Below are positions 9,133 through 18,649 of a stretch of 64,000 bases of DNA, in pieces (within the stretch, counting starts at the first letter, position 1; each line of letters starts with the position of its first letter). This DNA comes from Christensenella sp. UBA7588 (GTDB taxonomy: Bacteria; Bacillota; Clostridia; Christensenellales; CAG-917). Where the stretch lies: assembly GCA_002478945.1 (NCBI GenBank), contig DLKM01000026.1:348-64347 (forward strand), in the 5' to 3' direction. Position numbers and translations under genes: made by a program. The notes below the pieces were generated by a model. It did not search any database. It had not been told where the DNA came from and saw only the letters and a list, made by a program, of their open reading frames with translations.

Positions 9133-11757
9133 TTAATCGAACATTGCAAGTTTGTCCTTGAGTTTTGCAAGTTTGTCAACCGCTTTTTCAAGTTTGTCTT
9201 TCTCGTTGTCTATGAGTTTTTGCGGAGCTTTGGACACGAATCCCGTGTTTGCGAGCAACGCTTTGGTTTTGTTTATAACCGCTTCGGTCTGCGCGATTTC
9301 CGCATTGATACGCTCTTTTTCCTTATCTTCGTCGATGAGGTCTCCGAGCGGAATAAGCACTTCCGCGTCGTGCGTTACGATTGCGCTGACTTTGCCTTCG
9401 ACCATACTCTTGTCGGCAACGAGCGTAACTTCGGCAACGTTTGCGAGTTTTTGAATGTACGGAATCGCCGACGAAATAAACTTCTCGTCCTTTGCGATAA
9501 CGTAGGCGTTAATCTTTTTGGACGGAGCGACGTTCATCTCGTTGCGCACGTTTCTGATTGCGCCGATAATCTCTCTCAATCCCTCGAAAGACGCTTCCTC
9601 TTTGCGGAACACTCTGTGTTTGTTGTAAGAAGGCCACTCCTGCGTCATAAGCACGCTGCCCTTGGGCGCAAACTTGGAGTAAATCTCCTCCGTGACGAAC
9701 GGAATGAACGGATGCAACAACTTGAGTATCTGCGTGAGAACGTAAGAAAGCATTGCGATTGCGTGATTGTGTTGCTTTTTGTCGTCGCTGTAGAGCATCG
9801 TTTTGCTCATTTCGATGTACCAGTCGCAGAACTCGCTCCACACAAAATCGTAGATTCTTGCCGCCGCAAGCCCGATTTCATATTTATTGAGATTGATTGT
9901 AACCTCTTTCACGACGTCGTTGAGGCGCGTGAGTATCCACTTGTCCGCGCCGTTAAAGCGAGACGGCATCGTCAAATCGTCGTCGTCTTTTATGTTCATA
10001 ATGACGAAACGAGACGCATTCCACAACTTGTTTACGAAATTGCGGCAACTCTCGATTTTGCCGTCCGTAAATCTCGTGTCGCTACCGGGTGCAATGCCCG
10101 TCGCAAGCGAGAAACGCAATGCGTCCGCGCCGTATTTATCGATAATCTCGAGCGGGTCTATACCGTTGCCGAGGCTCTTTGACATCTTTCTGCCCTGCGC
10201 GTCTCTTACCAAACCGTGGATAAGCACTTCGCTGAACGGCACTTCGTGCATAAACTCCAGACCGCTGAACATCATTCTGGCAACCCAGAAGAAGATTATG
10301 TCGTAGCCGGTAACGAGTACGTTCGTCGGATAGAAATATTCGAGATTTTTGGTCTTTTTGGGATAGCCGAGCGTGCTGAACGGCCAAAGCGCGGAACTGA
10401 ACCAAGTGTCCAACACGTCCTCGTCCTGATGAACGTGATTGCCGCCGCATTTCGGACACACTTCGACTTTCGTCTTTGAAACTACGGTCTCTCCGCAATC
10501 GTCGCAGTAATACGCGGGAATGCGATGTCCCCACCAAAGTTGACGGGAAATGCACCAGTCGCGGATGTTCTCCATCCAGTTGAAATAAGTATTTTCGAAT
10601 CTCTTTGGAATAAACTCCGTCTTTTTGTCTCTGACGGCTTTGATTGCAGGCTCCGCAAGCGGTTTCATTTTCACAAACCATTGCTTGGACACGAGCGACT
10701 CCACCGTTTCGCCGCAACGATAGCAAGTGCCGACGTTGTGTGCGTACGGCTCGATTTTGACCATCAAACCGAGTGCGGTCAAATCTTCCACAATCGCTTT
10801 GCGAGCGGAAAGTCTGTCCATTCCCTTATACTTGCCTGCGTTTTCGTTCATAAGTCCGTCCTCGCCGATAACCTGAATGACGGGCAAATCGTGACGCAAA
10901 CCGAGTTCGAAGTCGTTGGGGTCGTGCGCGGGCGTAATCTTTACCGCGCCGGTACCGAAACCAATCTCGCAGTATTCGTCCGCAACGACGGGTATTTCTC
11001 TGTCCGTAAGCGGGAGTTTGACGGTTTTTCCGACGAATTTAGCCATTTTCTCGTCGTTGGGGTTGACCGCGACTGCCGTATCTCCGAGCATAGTCTCGGG
11101 ACGAGTCGTAGCAATAACGATTGCGTCGTCCTCCCCTACGACGGGGTACTTATAATACCAGAGATTTGATTGTTGCTCCTCGTATTCCACTTCTGCGTCG
11201 CTAAGCGCGGTATGGCAATGCGGACACCAGTTGATGATACGATTTCCTCTGTAAATCAAGCCTTTTTTGTAATATTTTACAAAAGCGTCGAGAACCGCAT
11301 TCGAGCAGTTATCGTCCATCGTGAACGCCGATTTCGACCAATCGCAAGAAATGCCGAGGGCTTTTTGTTGCTCGACGATTCTTCCGCCGTATTGATTTTT
11401 CCACGCCCACGCGCGCTCCAAAAAGCCGTCTCTGCCGACGTCGTTTTTGGAAAGTCCTTCTTCTTTACGCATTTTTTCCACGACTTTGACTTCTGTTGCG
11501 ATAGATGCGTGGTCCGTACCGGGCATCCAAAGCGTCTCGTATCCGCACATACGTTTAAAACGCACGATAACGTCTTGAATAGTTTCGTCAAGAGCGTGTC
11601 CCATATGAAGTTGTCCCGTGATATTCGGCGGTGGCATCATTACCGTAAACGGTTCTTTTTCCGGATTGACGTGCGCCTCGAAATACTTGCCTTTCATCCA
11701 CATATCGTAGATGCGTTTCTCAAACTCCGGATTGTAAGTTTTGTCCATCTGTTGCAT
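9133..11757 (-). CDS. valS: Valine--tRNA ligase
   Basis: 874 aa with the HIGH motif PPPNITGQLHMGHA, KMSKSLGN and a C-terminal coiled coil. Confidence 0.97.
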   Translation of the reverse strand: MQQMDKTYNPEFEKRIYDMWMKGKYFEAHVNPEKEPFTVMMPPPNITGQLHMGHALDETIQDVIVRFKRMCGYETLWMPGTDHASIATEVKVVEKMRKEEGLSKNDVGRDGFLERAWAWKNQYGGRIVEQQKALGISCDWSKSAFTMDDNCSNAVLDAFVKYYKKGLIYRGNRIINWCPHCHTALSDAEVEYEEQQSNLWYYKYPVVGEDDAIVIATTRPETMLGDTAVAVNPNDEKMAKFVGKTVKLPLTDREIPVVADEYCEIGFGTGAVKITPAHDPNDFELGLRHDLPVIQVIGEDGLMNENAGKYKGMDRLSARKAIVEDLTALGLMVKIEPYAHNVGTCYRCGETVESLVSKQWFVKMKPLAEPAIKAVRDKKTEFIPKRFENTYFNWMENIRDWCISRQLWWGHRIPAYYCDDCGETVVSKTKVEVCPKCGGNHVHQDEDVLDTWFSSALWPFSTLGYPKKTKNLEYFYPTNVLVTGYDIIFFWVARMMFSGLEFMHEVPFSEVLIHGLVRDAQGRKMSKSLGNGIDPLEIIDKYGADALRFSLATGIAPGSDTRFTDGKIESCRNFVNKLWNASRFVIMNIKDDDDLTMPSRFNGADKWILTRLNDVVKEVTINLNKYEIGLAAARIYDFVWSEFCDWYIEMSKTMLYSDDKKQHNHAIAMLSYVLTQILKLLHPFIPFVTEEIYSKFAPKGSVLMTQEWPSYNKHRVFRKEEASFEGLREIIGAIRNVRNEMNVAPSKKINAYVIAKDEKFISSAIPYIQKLANVAEVTLVADKSMVEGKVSAIVTHDAEVLIPLGDLIDEDKEKERINAEIAQTEAVINKTKALLANTGFVSKAPQKLIDNEKDKLEKAVDKLAKLKDKLAMFD

Positions 11758-11833
11758 AATAAAACTCCTTGCGCCCTAACGGGCGCATCTATTTTGTCTG
11801 TATTGAATTTTGTATTGAATTTAGCCTTGAAAA

Positions 11834-12559
11834 TCAGCCTTCGTAAGTGCCGTCTTTCTTCTCTTGCACTATTCTTTGGTCCTCTTGCTTGACGGATTCT
11901 GCCGTTGCCGCTTGCATTTTGCCCTCTTTTACGAGCTTGACCTGTTTCATCGTTTCGTTGAGATAGCTGAACGCCGCCGCATAGCTGAGCGCAATACCCC
12001 AAGCGAGAATGCCCCAATCGGCGTATTGAACGTAATTGTGGAAGAATGCGAGGATAACGCCGACGGAAATCGTGAACGAAGATACCTTTCCGAGCCAGTT
12101 TGCCTTTACCGTCGCGCCTTTTTTGAGGACGTAAAGCGCAATCATTGCCTGAATGAACTCTTTGACGAAAATCAAAATCACAAACGCATAGTGAACGAAC
12201 CACGGATTGTCAAGCACGCCCTCATTTACGAGGTTTTGTCCGAGAGGCGTAAGTCCCGTGCAGAACGCAAGACAGGCAAGCACCGCAACGTGCATAAGTT
12301 TGTCCGCAATCGGGTCGAGAACCATACCGATGCCGCTTTGCATATTGAATTTTCTCGCAATCCAACCGTCGAGCAAATCGCTTCCCGACGCAAAGAAAAA
12401 CACGCCGAGCGCGATATAAAAGAGCGTGAAATCGTCTCTTACGCCTGCAAGAGCCATAAGCGTGGCGAACACGGGTACGCAAATAATGCGGAAATAAGTG
12501 ATAATGTTTGGAATCGTCCAGATTTCTTTGAAATCGACTTGTCCGATTTTCTTTGCCAT
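11834..12559 (-). CDS. pgsA: CDP-alcohol phosphatidyltransferase (phosphatidylglycerophosphate synthase-like)
   Basis: Motif SDLLDGWIARK...G..LDPIADK. Start trimmed to MAKKIG, which has AGGAGG upstream. Confidence 0.8.
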   Translation of the reverse strand: MAKKIGQVDFKEIWTIPNIITYFRIICVPVFATLMALAGVRDDFTLFYIALGVFFFASGSDLLDGWIARKFNMQSGIGMVLDPIADKLMHVAVLACLAFCTGLTPLGQNLVNEGVLDNPWFVHYAFVILIFVKEFIQAMIALYVLKKGATVKANWLGKVSSFTISVGVILAFFHNYVQYADWGILAWGIALSYAAAFSYLNETMKQVKLVKEGKMQAATAESVKQEDQRIVQEKKDGTYEG

Positions 12560-12711
12560 AAAATCCTCCTGCACGCGCAAGCGCAAGACGTGCGTGTGCA
12601 AATATTATAAATATAAGATATTGTAACAAAGTTTTACGCGTATGTAAACAATAAATTTCGCGCAAATGCACAAAATATGTCAAAAGCTAATAATATGTGT
12701 TTGAGGTTAAT

Positions 12712-13644
12712 ATGAAAAAGTGCCTTATCGTTATCAATTTCAGTTCGGGTTCGAGCAAGAAAATCTCTTTTGAAAAAGTCGAAAAGCGACTCGGAAACGA
12801 TTTTGAATATTCGAGATGCTCTCTCCCCTCTCAAAAACTGCCCGATTTATCTTTATTCGACGCGATTGCGGTATGCGGCGGAGACGGCACTCTCGGCTCG
12901 GTATTGCAGGAAGTTTACGACAAAAAGATAGACGTGTTTTATTTTCCCGTCGGAACGCTCAACGACAAAGCAAAAGCGGAAAGATACATCCACGCAAAAG
13001 ACGGAGCGAACGACGACGCGCAAAAACAAATCGTAGTCGGCAAATGTCGTCGCATTGAAAAAGACGAAAGCGTTATCGACGAAGAAAAACGTACGGACGA
13101 CAGAAACGAAGAAATATTTACCTACGTTTTTGCGGCAGGTTCGTTTACTCCCATCGGATACACGTCGAGTCCTCGGGAAAAAAAGAAATTCGGCACTCTT
13201 GCGTACGTTGCGAAAATCATAAAAGAATATCGACCGTACAGAATGAAAACGACTTTGATATGCGACGGGAAAAAGTACGAGGACGACTTCACTCTGATTA
13301 TGTTTCTCAAGTCTCCGAGATGTTTCGGCTTTCCGTTCAACAAGGCGTTCAACTCAAAGAGCGCAAGCGGACATTTGCTTGCGATTCGCTCCCCCAAGCA
13401 CGACGGATTTCTCGGTTGCGTCGAAATGTTTTTCCCGTTTTTCAAAGCGTTTTTCATAGGTCTTAAAAACGAGAGAGACAGGGGTAAAATCATGTTCAAA
13501 CAAGTGTACGACGCCGCGATGATAACCGATGAAAATATCGTTTTTTGCAAGGACGGAGAGAGATGCGAAACGACGTCGGGAACGTACGACGTCTCGTTTA
13601 AGCGCGCTGCTTGTTCTTTCAAAGTGATTGACAAATTTAAGTAA
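12712..13644 (+). CDS. Diacylglycerol/lipid kinase family protein (YegS/BmrU-like)
   Basis: GGDGTL motif with the CLIVINFSSGS N-terminus. Start at MKKCLIV, preceded by GAGG. Confidence 0.75.
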   Translation: MKKCLIVINFSSGSSKKISFEKVEKRLGNDFEYSRCSLPSQKLPDLSLFDAIAVCGGDGTLGSVLQEVYDKKIDVFYFPVGTLNDKAKAERYIHAKDGANDDAQKQIVVGKCRRIEKDESVIDEEKRTDDRNEEIFTYVFAAGSFTPIGYTSSPREKKKFGTLAYVAKIIKEYRPYRMKTTLICDGKKYEDDFTLIMFLKSPRCFGFPFNKAFNSKSASGHLLAIRSPKHDGFLGCVEMFFPFFKAFFIGLKNERDRGKIMFKQVYDAAMITDENIVFCKDGERCETTSGTYDVSFKRAACSFKVIDKFK

Positions 13645-13747
13645 ACAAAAAAAGAAACGGCTTGCCGTCTCTTTTCTCAAATCTATTCTAAAATCAAGCA
13701 GTTTTTTGAATACTATTACAAAAAATGCGGTTTTTTGAAATAGTTAT

Positions 13748-14410
13748 TTAGTGTTTTAGCACCAAATCAACCACATTACAAGGTTTTTCCGCTATATACG
13801 TCGCACCGTTATCGACAAACTCTTTTTCGCTTCCGTAGCCGTATAAAACGGCGCAACAATCGATTTTGCAGACTTTTGCGCCCTCTATGTCGTACTTTCT
13901 GTCTCCGACCATAAGCACTTTGCTTCTGTCTTTTACGCCGAGGTTTTCAAGCACGTTTTCTATTACGTCGCACTTCGCTTCTCTGCTCACGTCGCTCGAC
14001 GCCGCGCCGACGTAATCGAAGTATTTTTCGAGGTCGAATCCTTTCAAAATCATATTTGTGAATTTGACTGGTTTTGACGTTGCGACGGCAAGAGTTTTGC
14101 CTGCGTTTTTAAGCGCGGCAAGCATATCCGTTACACCGTCGTAAACCTTGTTGTGCATCCAACCGTATTTCGCATATTCTCCCCTATAATGCGCAATAAG
14201 TTTTTCTATCATCGGCATATCGAGTCCCAAAAATTCTTTCATCGAAACTCTGAACGGCGGTCCTATCATTTTATCGAGAACGGACGGCTCGTAATCGATT
14301 CCCTCCGTATCCAAAGCATATTTTATACACTCCTGAATGCCCTCTTTGCTATCCGTCAGCGTTCCGTCCAAATCAAAGAGGATATAATCGTAATTCTTGC
14401 ATTTTTCCAT
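13748..14410 (-). CDS. HAD-superfamily phosphatase (phosphoglycolate phosphatase-like)
   Basis: Motif I FDLDGTL and motif IV-like MVGDRKYD. Start trimmed to MEKCKNY, which has GAAGGT upstream. Confidence 0.8.
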   Translation of the reverse strand: MEKCKNYDYILFDLDGTLTDSKEGIQECIKYALDTEGIDYEPSVLDKMIGPPFRVSMKEFLGLDMPMIEKLIAHYRGEYAKYGWMHNKVYDGVTDMLAALKNAGKTLAVATSKPVKFTNMILKGFDLEKYFDYVGAASSDVSREAKCDVIENVLENLGVKDRSKVLMVGDRKYDIEGAKVCKIDCCAVLYGYGSEKEFVDNGATYIAEKPCNVVDLVLKH

Positions 14411-14465
14411 AGCGTACCTTCGTTTTAATTTATCGGCGCAACGACGCGCCTTCGTACGAATAAGT

Positions 14466-15434
14466 TTAGATAAACCTTTTGATTTTGTCAATCCATTCTC
14501 CGTCCGCAAGCAACGAAACGGGAATATCAATGACGCTTTTTGCCCCTCTCGCTCCTTTCAAATACGATTTTGCGTTGGCTTTTGCGTACGCAAGCATAAT
14601 TGCTGCTGTAAAAAACGGATTGTTCTCTAATTTCAACGAAAACTCCATATTGCAATCCCACTCGTCCGCCTTTCCGAACGCCGTAACGACGCCTCCGTGC
14701 GGAAAACCGCTATGTTCGTTTATATACGTCGTTTCGTCTATAAAATGCACTATCGTGTCGTATTCGGCAAAATAATCGGGTATGGACTTGATTTGAGCCT
14801 CTATTCTCGCCTTATCCGCCCCGTCCTGCGCCACTACGAAGCATTCGCGTAAATGTTTTTCCCTATTGCTCAACGGTGCGCCACCCCCTTCTCGCGCCTT
14901 TTTCAAGGCTTCAGGCTTCGGTATTGTGTATTGTTTTGCAAATTTAACGCCGTCGAGGCGTTTTATTGCCTCGCTATGACCTTGCGATACGCCCTTTCCC
15001 CAAAACGTTTGCACGTCGCAATCGGGCAAAACAGACGAAAACAACGCTCTGCAGAGAGAAAAAAGCCCCGGGTCCCATCCTATGCCGAAATAACACAATC
15101 TATCGTTCTTCTCCGCGACCGATTGCAGTTTTTCGGCATAAAGCGGCATCTTTGAGTGCGTATCGAAACTATCTACCGTGTTGAAATCTTTTGCGAGCGT
15201 AAGCGCGGTATCCGTCAAATCGAACGCCGAACCCACGCACAAAATCAACACGTCGATTTTGCCTTTGAAGGACGGCAAATCGGTTGCAGAATACACTTTT
15301 GAGCCTAAAGAACGTACTTGCTTTGGATTTCTTCTCGTAAAAATGCCGATTATTTCGCAATTTTCGTCGTTTAGAGCCAGTTTTTCACAGGCTTTGCCGA
15401 CGTTACCGTATCCGACGATTCCTATTCTTGTCAT
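14466..15434 (-). CDS. ddh: meso-diaminopimelate D-dehydrogenase
   Basis: MTRIGIVGYGNVGK Rossmann start, then ...GIGWDPGLFS...WGKGVSQGHS. Start trimmed; AGAGGAG lies upstream. Confidence 0.85.
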   Translation of the reverse strand: MTRIGIVGYGNVGKACEKLALNDENCEIIGIFTRRNPKQVRSLGSKVYSATDLPSFKGKIDVLILCVGSAFDLTDTALTLAKDFNTVDSFDTHSKMPLYAEKLQSVAEKNDRLCYFGIGWDPGLFSLCRALFSSVLPDCDVQTFWGKGVSQGHSEAIKRLDGVKFAKQYTIPKPEALKKAREGGGAPLSNREKHLRECFVVAQDGADKARIEAQIKSIPDYFAEYDTIVHFIDETTYINEHSGFPHGGVVTAFGKADEWDCNMEFSLKLENNPFFTAAIMLAYAKANAKSYLKGARGAKSVIDIPVSLLADGEWIDKIKRFI

Positions 15435-15594
15435 AAAACTCCTCTTTGTGCGCTCAATGCAGTTTGCGTGACATAATTCTTCACGTTTAGTCGCCAAACA
15501 GGCATAATATGCATTGTGTCGCAATCTTATATTTTCGCATTTACGATATGCATAAACGACGGGATTGTTGACAATAATCTTTGCGAGTATGGAT

Positions 15595-15942
15595 ATGGTC
15601 AAACGAGGCGAATTATATTATGCGGATTTAAGTCCCGTCGTAGGGAGCGAACAAGGCGGCGTACGTCCCGTTCTTATCGTGCAAAACAACGTCGGCAACA
15701 AGTACAGCCCGACGATTATAGCCGCCGCAATCACTTCTCAACTTGATAAAGCAAAACTGCCTACGCACATAGCGTTGCCTGCGGGAGTTTACGGCCTGCC
15801 GAAAGATTCCGTCGTTCTGCTCGAACAAATCCGCACCCTTGACAAAAAACGCCTGAAAGAAAAAATCGGCGAATTGCCCGTTAATATGATGTCTCGAGTA
15901 AACGAAGCGTTGCTCGTATCTCTCGGCTTTTTCGAGACGTAA
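15595..15942 (+). CDS. mazF: MazF/EndoA-type mRNA interferase toxin (start uncertain, 15565-15595)
   Basis: [35 protein letters not shown]...[13 protein letters not shown] closely resembles Bacillus EndoA (NdoA). Confidence 0.9.
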   Translation: MVKRGELYYADLSPVVGSEQGGVRPVLIVQNNVGNKYSPTIIAAAITSQLDKAKLPTHIALPAGVYGLPKDSVVLLEQIRTLDKKRLKEKIGELPVNMMSRVNEALLVSLGFFET

Positions 15943-15981
15943 AAGGCTAATATTCGGTTGAAAATATTCGGTTAGAATATC

Positions 15982-16021
15982 AAAAAAGCACAAAATCTCG
16001 CAGTACTGCGAGATTTTGTGC
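15982..16021. terminator. Intrinsic terminator shared by recX (minus, with a U-run) and possibly mazF (plus)
   Basis: GCACAAAATCTCGCAG-TAC-TGCGAGATTTTGTGC, preceded by AAAAAA on the plus strand. Confidence 0.8.
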
Positions 16022-16093
16022 TTCGTATAAATTGTGTATTATTGATTTTGATTGATACTTGTGTTTGTGAAAAATTTACTTCGTTTGTCAGTC

Positions 16094-16591
16094 TTATTCA
16101 AACACGTCGAATAAGGTTGTAATAACTTTGTTTATTACGCGTGCGTCAAAACCTTTCTGATACAAATGCGCGCCGACTTTTTGAGCGTCTTTTTTATCGA
16201 CGATTTTCTTTTGTTTGATATATTTTTGCGCCATTTTCATAGCGTTTTCAACCTGAAAATCTTCGTCGATATTATCTGCAATGACGTTTTCTACCGTATT
16301 TTTGTCAACGCCTTTCTCGTTTATGAGCTTATATGCGATTTTCTTTGCGCCGTAACGGTTTTTATTGAAAAGCAGATATGTGCGCACATATTCTTCGTCG
16401 TCGATATATTTGTACTTTTTTGCGCGCTCTATTGCGTATTCAACCTCGTTTTTGTGATAACCCTTGTCATAGAGTTTATTCTTGCATTCTTTTTCGGAAC
16501 GAGCCGAAAGCGCAAGATATTTCACAAGCGACTCATAGGCTTTTTGCGCTCTTTCTTCGTCGAGCGGATATACGATTTCTTCTTCTGCCAT
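16094..16591 (-). CDS. recX: Recombination regulator RecX (start is either ATG 16591 or TTG 16609)
   Basis: Repeated three-helix units of the RecX type (YLALSARSEKECKNKLYDKGY...VEYAIERAKKYKYIDDEEY...). Confidence 0.75.
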   Translation of the reverse strand: MAEEEIVYPLDEERAQKAYESLVKYLALSARSEKECKNKLYDKGYHKNEVEYAIERAKKYKYIDDEEYVRTYLLFNKNRYGAKKIAYKLINEKGVDKNTVENVIADNIDEDFQVENAMKMAQKYIKQKKIVDKKDAQKVGAHLYQKGFDARVINKVITTLFDVFE

Positions 16592-16643
16592 ATCTATACC
16601 GTTTTGCAACTTTTTAGCAACTCAAAGTGCGGTTTTTGAGCAT

Positions 16644-17270
16644 CTAAACACATTTATACTCTTTATTGTCGGTCAATACGACGTCTGCTTTACCGCCAGA
16701 TATTTCTCTCACGCTTGACACAAACGCCTCTGCGTCGTCCTCGGGAACGAACGCTTTGCACGCAACGTCCTGACCGTATTCCACGCTGTCGACAACGACG
16801 CCGCTTTTGCGGATAAATTTATCAATAACCGCAAAACTCGGATAATCTGCCGTTACGGCAATCTGTTTGCAAAGCACTTTTTGCGAGATTTTGCCCGCCT
16901 TTACGCCCTTACTTGCCGTATCCGAATACGCTCCGACAAGTCCGCCCGCGCCGAGTTTTATTCCTCCGAAGTATCTCGTCACTACAATCGCGCTCTTGAC
17001 AAGATTCTGCTTTCGAAGCACGTCGAGAATGGGCTGTCCTGCCGTACCCGACGGTTCTCCGTCGTCGCTGAATCTCGTCACGTTTCCGAGTTCGTCTCCG
17101 ACGTAGCCGTAGCAATTATGCGTGGCGTCGGGATACTTTTTCCGCACGCTTTTGACAAATTCTTCCGCCTCGTCGGCGTTTAATTCGCCTTTGACGGTAG
17201 CAATGAAAATCGAGCGTTTAATCTCGATTTTCACTTCGTATTCGCCGTCAATATAGCGGTAAGATTTCAC
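16644..17270 (-). CDS. yigZ: YigZ/IMPACT family protein
   Basis: KRSIFIA...HNCYGY...FSDDGEPSGTAGQPIL...VVTRYFGGIKLG. Confidence 0.85.
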   Translation of the reverse strand: MKSYRYIDGEYEVKIEIKRSIFIATVKGELNADEAEEFVKSVRKKYPDATHNCYGYVGDELGNVTRFSDDGEPSGTAGQPILDVLRKQNLVKSAIVVTRYFGGIKLGAGGLVGAYSDTASKGVKAGKISQKVLCKQIAVTADYPSFAVIDKFIRKSGVVVDSVEYGQDVACKAFVPEDDAEAFVSSVREISGGKADVVLTDNKEYKCV

Positions 17271-18478
17271 TCTACGGTAACCTTGTAGAAATTCTTTTTG
17301 CCTTTTTGCAGGACAAATCCGTTTGCGAGTTGACTATCGGTAACTTGCGCCATAATGTCCGTGATTTTTTGCCCGTCAACGGAGATTCCACCGCCTTGAA
17401 TGAGGCGTTTTGCCTCGCCTTTGGACGGAACTTTTGCAACGGCAACGAGAATATCGGCAACGGACGTCACGCCTTGCGGAATCGTTGCGGAAGGCATATT
17501 TTCGCTATCTCCCGAGAATGCCGCACGCGCTTTGTTCAAAGCGTCCTCCGCTTCTTCTTCGCCGTGAACCATTTTGGTAAGCTCGTATGCAAGACGCTCT
17601 TTTGCCTTGTTCATACGCTCGTCGTTGTACTTGGTAAGCTCTGCAATCTCGTCAAGCGGCACGAACGTGAGGAATCTGAACACCTTTTCCACGTCGGCGT
17701 CCGCAATGTTGCGCCAGTACTGGAAGAAATCGTACGGAGCGGTCTTGTTGGGGTCGAGCCACACGGCACCTTTTGCCGTCTTGCCCATTTTGATACCCTC
17801 GGACGTCGTAAGCAAGCCGAAAGTGATTGCAAAAGCGTCTTTTTGCTCTTTTCTGCGAATAAGGTCTGCGCCTGCAAGCATATTTGACCATTGGTCGTCT
17901 CCGCCGCATTGCAATACGCATCCGTATTTACGGTTAAGCACCAAAAAGTCATAAGACTGCATAAGCATATAGTTGAATTCGAGGAAGGTCAAGCCCTTTT
18001 CGAGGCGTTGCTTGTAGCACTCCGCCGTGAGCATACGATTGACCGAGAAATTCGCGCCGACTTCGCGCAAAAAGTCGATATAATTGAGGTCGAGAAGCCA
18101 ATCTGCGTTATTGACGAGAATCGCCGCATTTTCGCCCTCGAAACGCACGAATTTTGCCATTTGCTTTTTGAAGCAATCAACGTTGTGTTGAATGGTCTCT
18201 TTGGTCATCATAGAGCGCATATCGGTACGACCTGACGGGTCTCCGACCATTGCCGTGCCACCGCCGATAAGGATAATCGGACGATGTCCTGCGTCCTGCA
18301 AACGTTTTGCAACAATCATCTGCATAAAGTGTCCGACGTGAAGGCTGTCTGCCGTCGGGTCGAAACCGATGTAGAAAGATTGAGGACCTTCGTCCAACAT
18401 TTTTTTGAGGTCGTCCTCAAACACCACTTGTTTGACAAGTCCGCGCTCGCGGAGTTGATCGATAATGTTTTGTGACAT
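17267..18478 (-). CDS. tyrS: Tyrosine--tRNA ligase
   Basis: HIGH region DSLHVGHF, KMGKT (KMSKS-like) and a C-terminal S4 domain. Start trimmed to MSQNIIDQL. Confidence 0.95.
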   Translation of the reverse strand: MSQNIIDQLRERGLVKQVVFEDDLKKMLDEGPQSFYIGFDPTADSLHVGHFMQMIVAKRLQDAGHRPIILIGGGTAMVGDPSGRTDMRSMMTKETIQHNVDCFKKQMAKFVRFEGENAAILVNNADWLLDLNYIDFLREVGANFSVNRMLTAECYKQRLEKGLTFLEFNYMLMQSYDFLVLNRKYGCVLQCGGDDQWSNMLAGADLIRRKEQKDAFAITFGLLTTSEGIKMGKTAKGAVWLDPNKTAPYDFFQYWRNIADADVEKVFRFLTFVPLDEIAELTKYNDERMNKAKERLAYELTKMVHGEEEAEDALNKARAAFSGDSENMPSATIPQGVTSVADILVAVAKVPSKGEAKRLIQGGGISVDGQKITDIMAQVTDSQLANGFVLQKGKKNFYKVTVE

Positions 18479-18519
18479 AATACTATTCCTATTAAAAGAT
18501 ATTTTATTATATATTGCAA

Positions 18520-18548
18520 ATTGTACCACCGCCCCGCGCTTTTGGCAA
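18520..18548 (-). promoter_or_regulatory. Sigma-A-type promoter for tyrS
   Basis: Minus strand reads TTGCCA-17 nt-TACAAT, about 40 nt upstream of the tyrS start. Confidence 0.6.
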
Positions 18549-18601
18549 CATCTTTTTGCCACGAATCGATTGCTTGTCCGCCCCTGCCTCGAAAACGGTA
18601 T

Positions 18602-18629
18602 AAAAAAACCGCCGAAGCGGCGGTTTTTA
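18602..18629 (-). terminator. Intrinsic terminator downstream of the lipoprotein gene
   Basis: CCGCCG-AAGC-GGCGG flanked by an A-run and a T-run. Confidence 0.8.
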
Positions 18630-18649
18630 TGTAAAACGTCTTTATTCAA

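Noticed and set aside
18520-18545. GGTGGTAC upstream of tyrS, reminiscent of the T-box core (GGGTGGTACCGCG).
   Set aside because: The match is short and overlaps a canonical -35/-10 promoter pair. There is no room for specifier, stem I or terminator/antiterminator helices in the ~40-nt leader.
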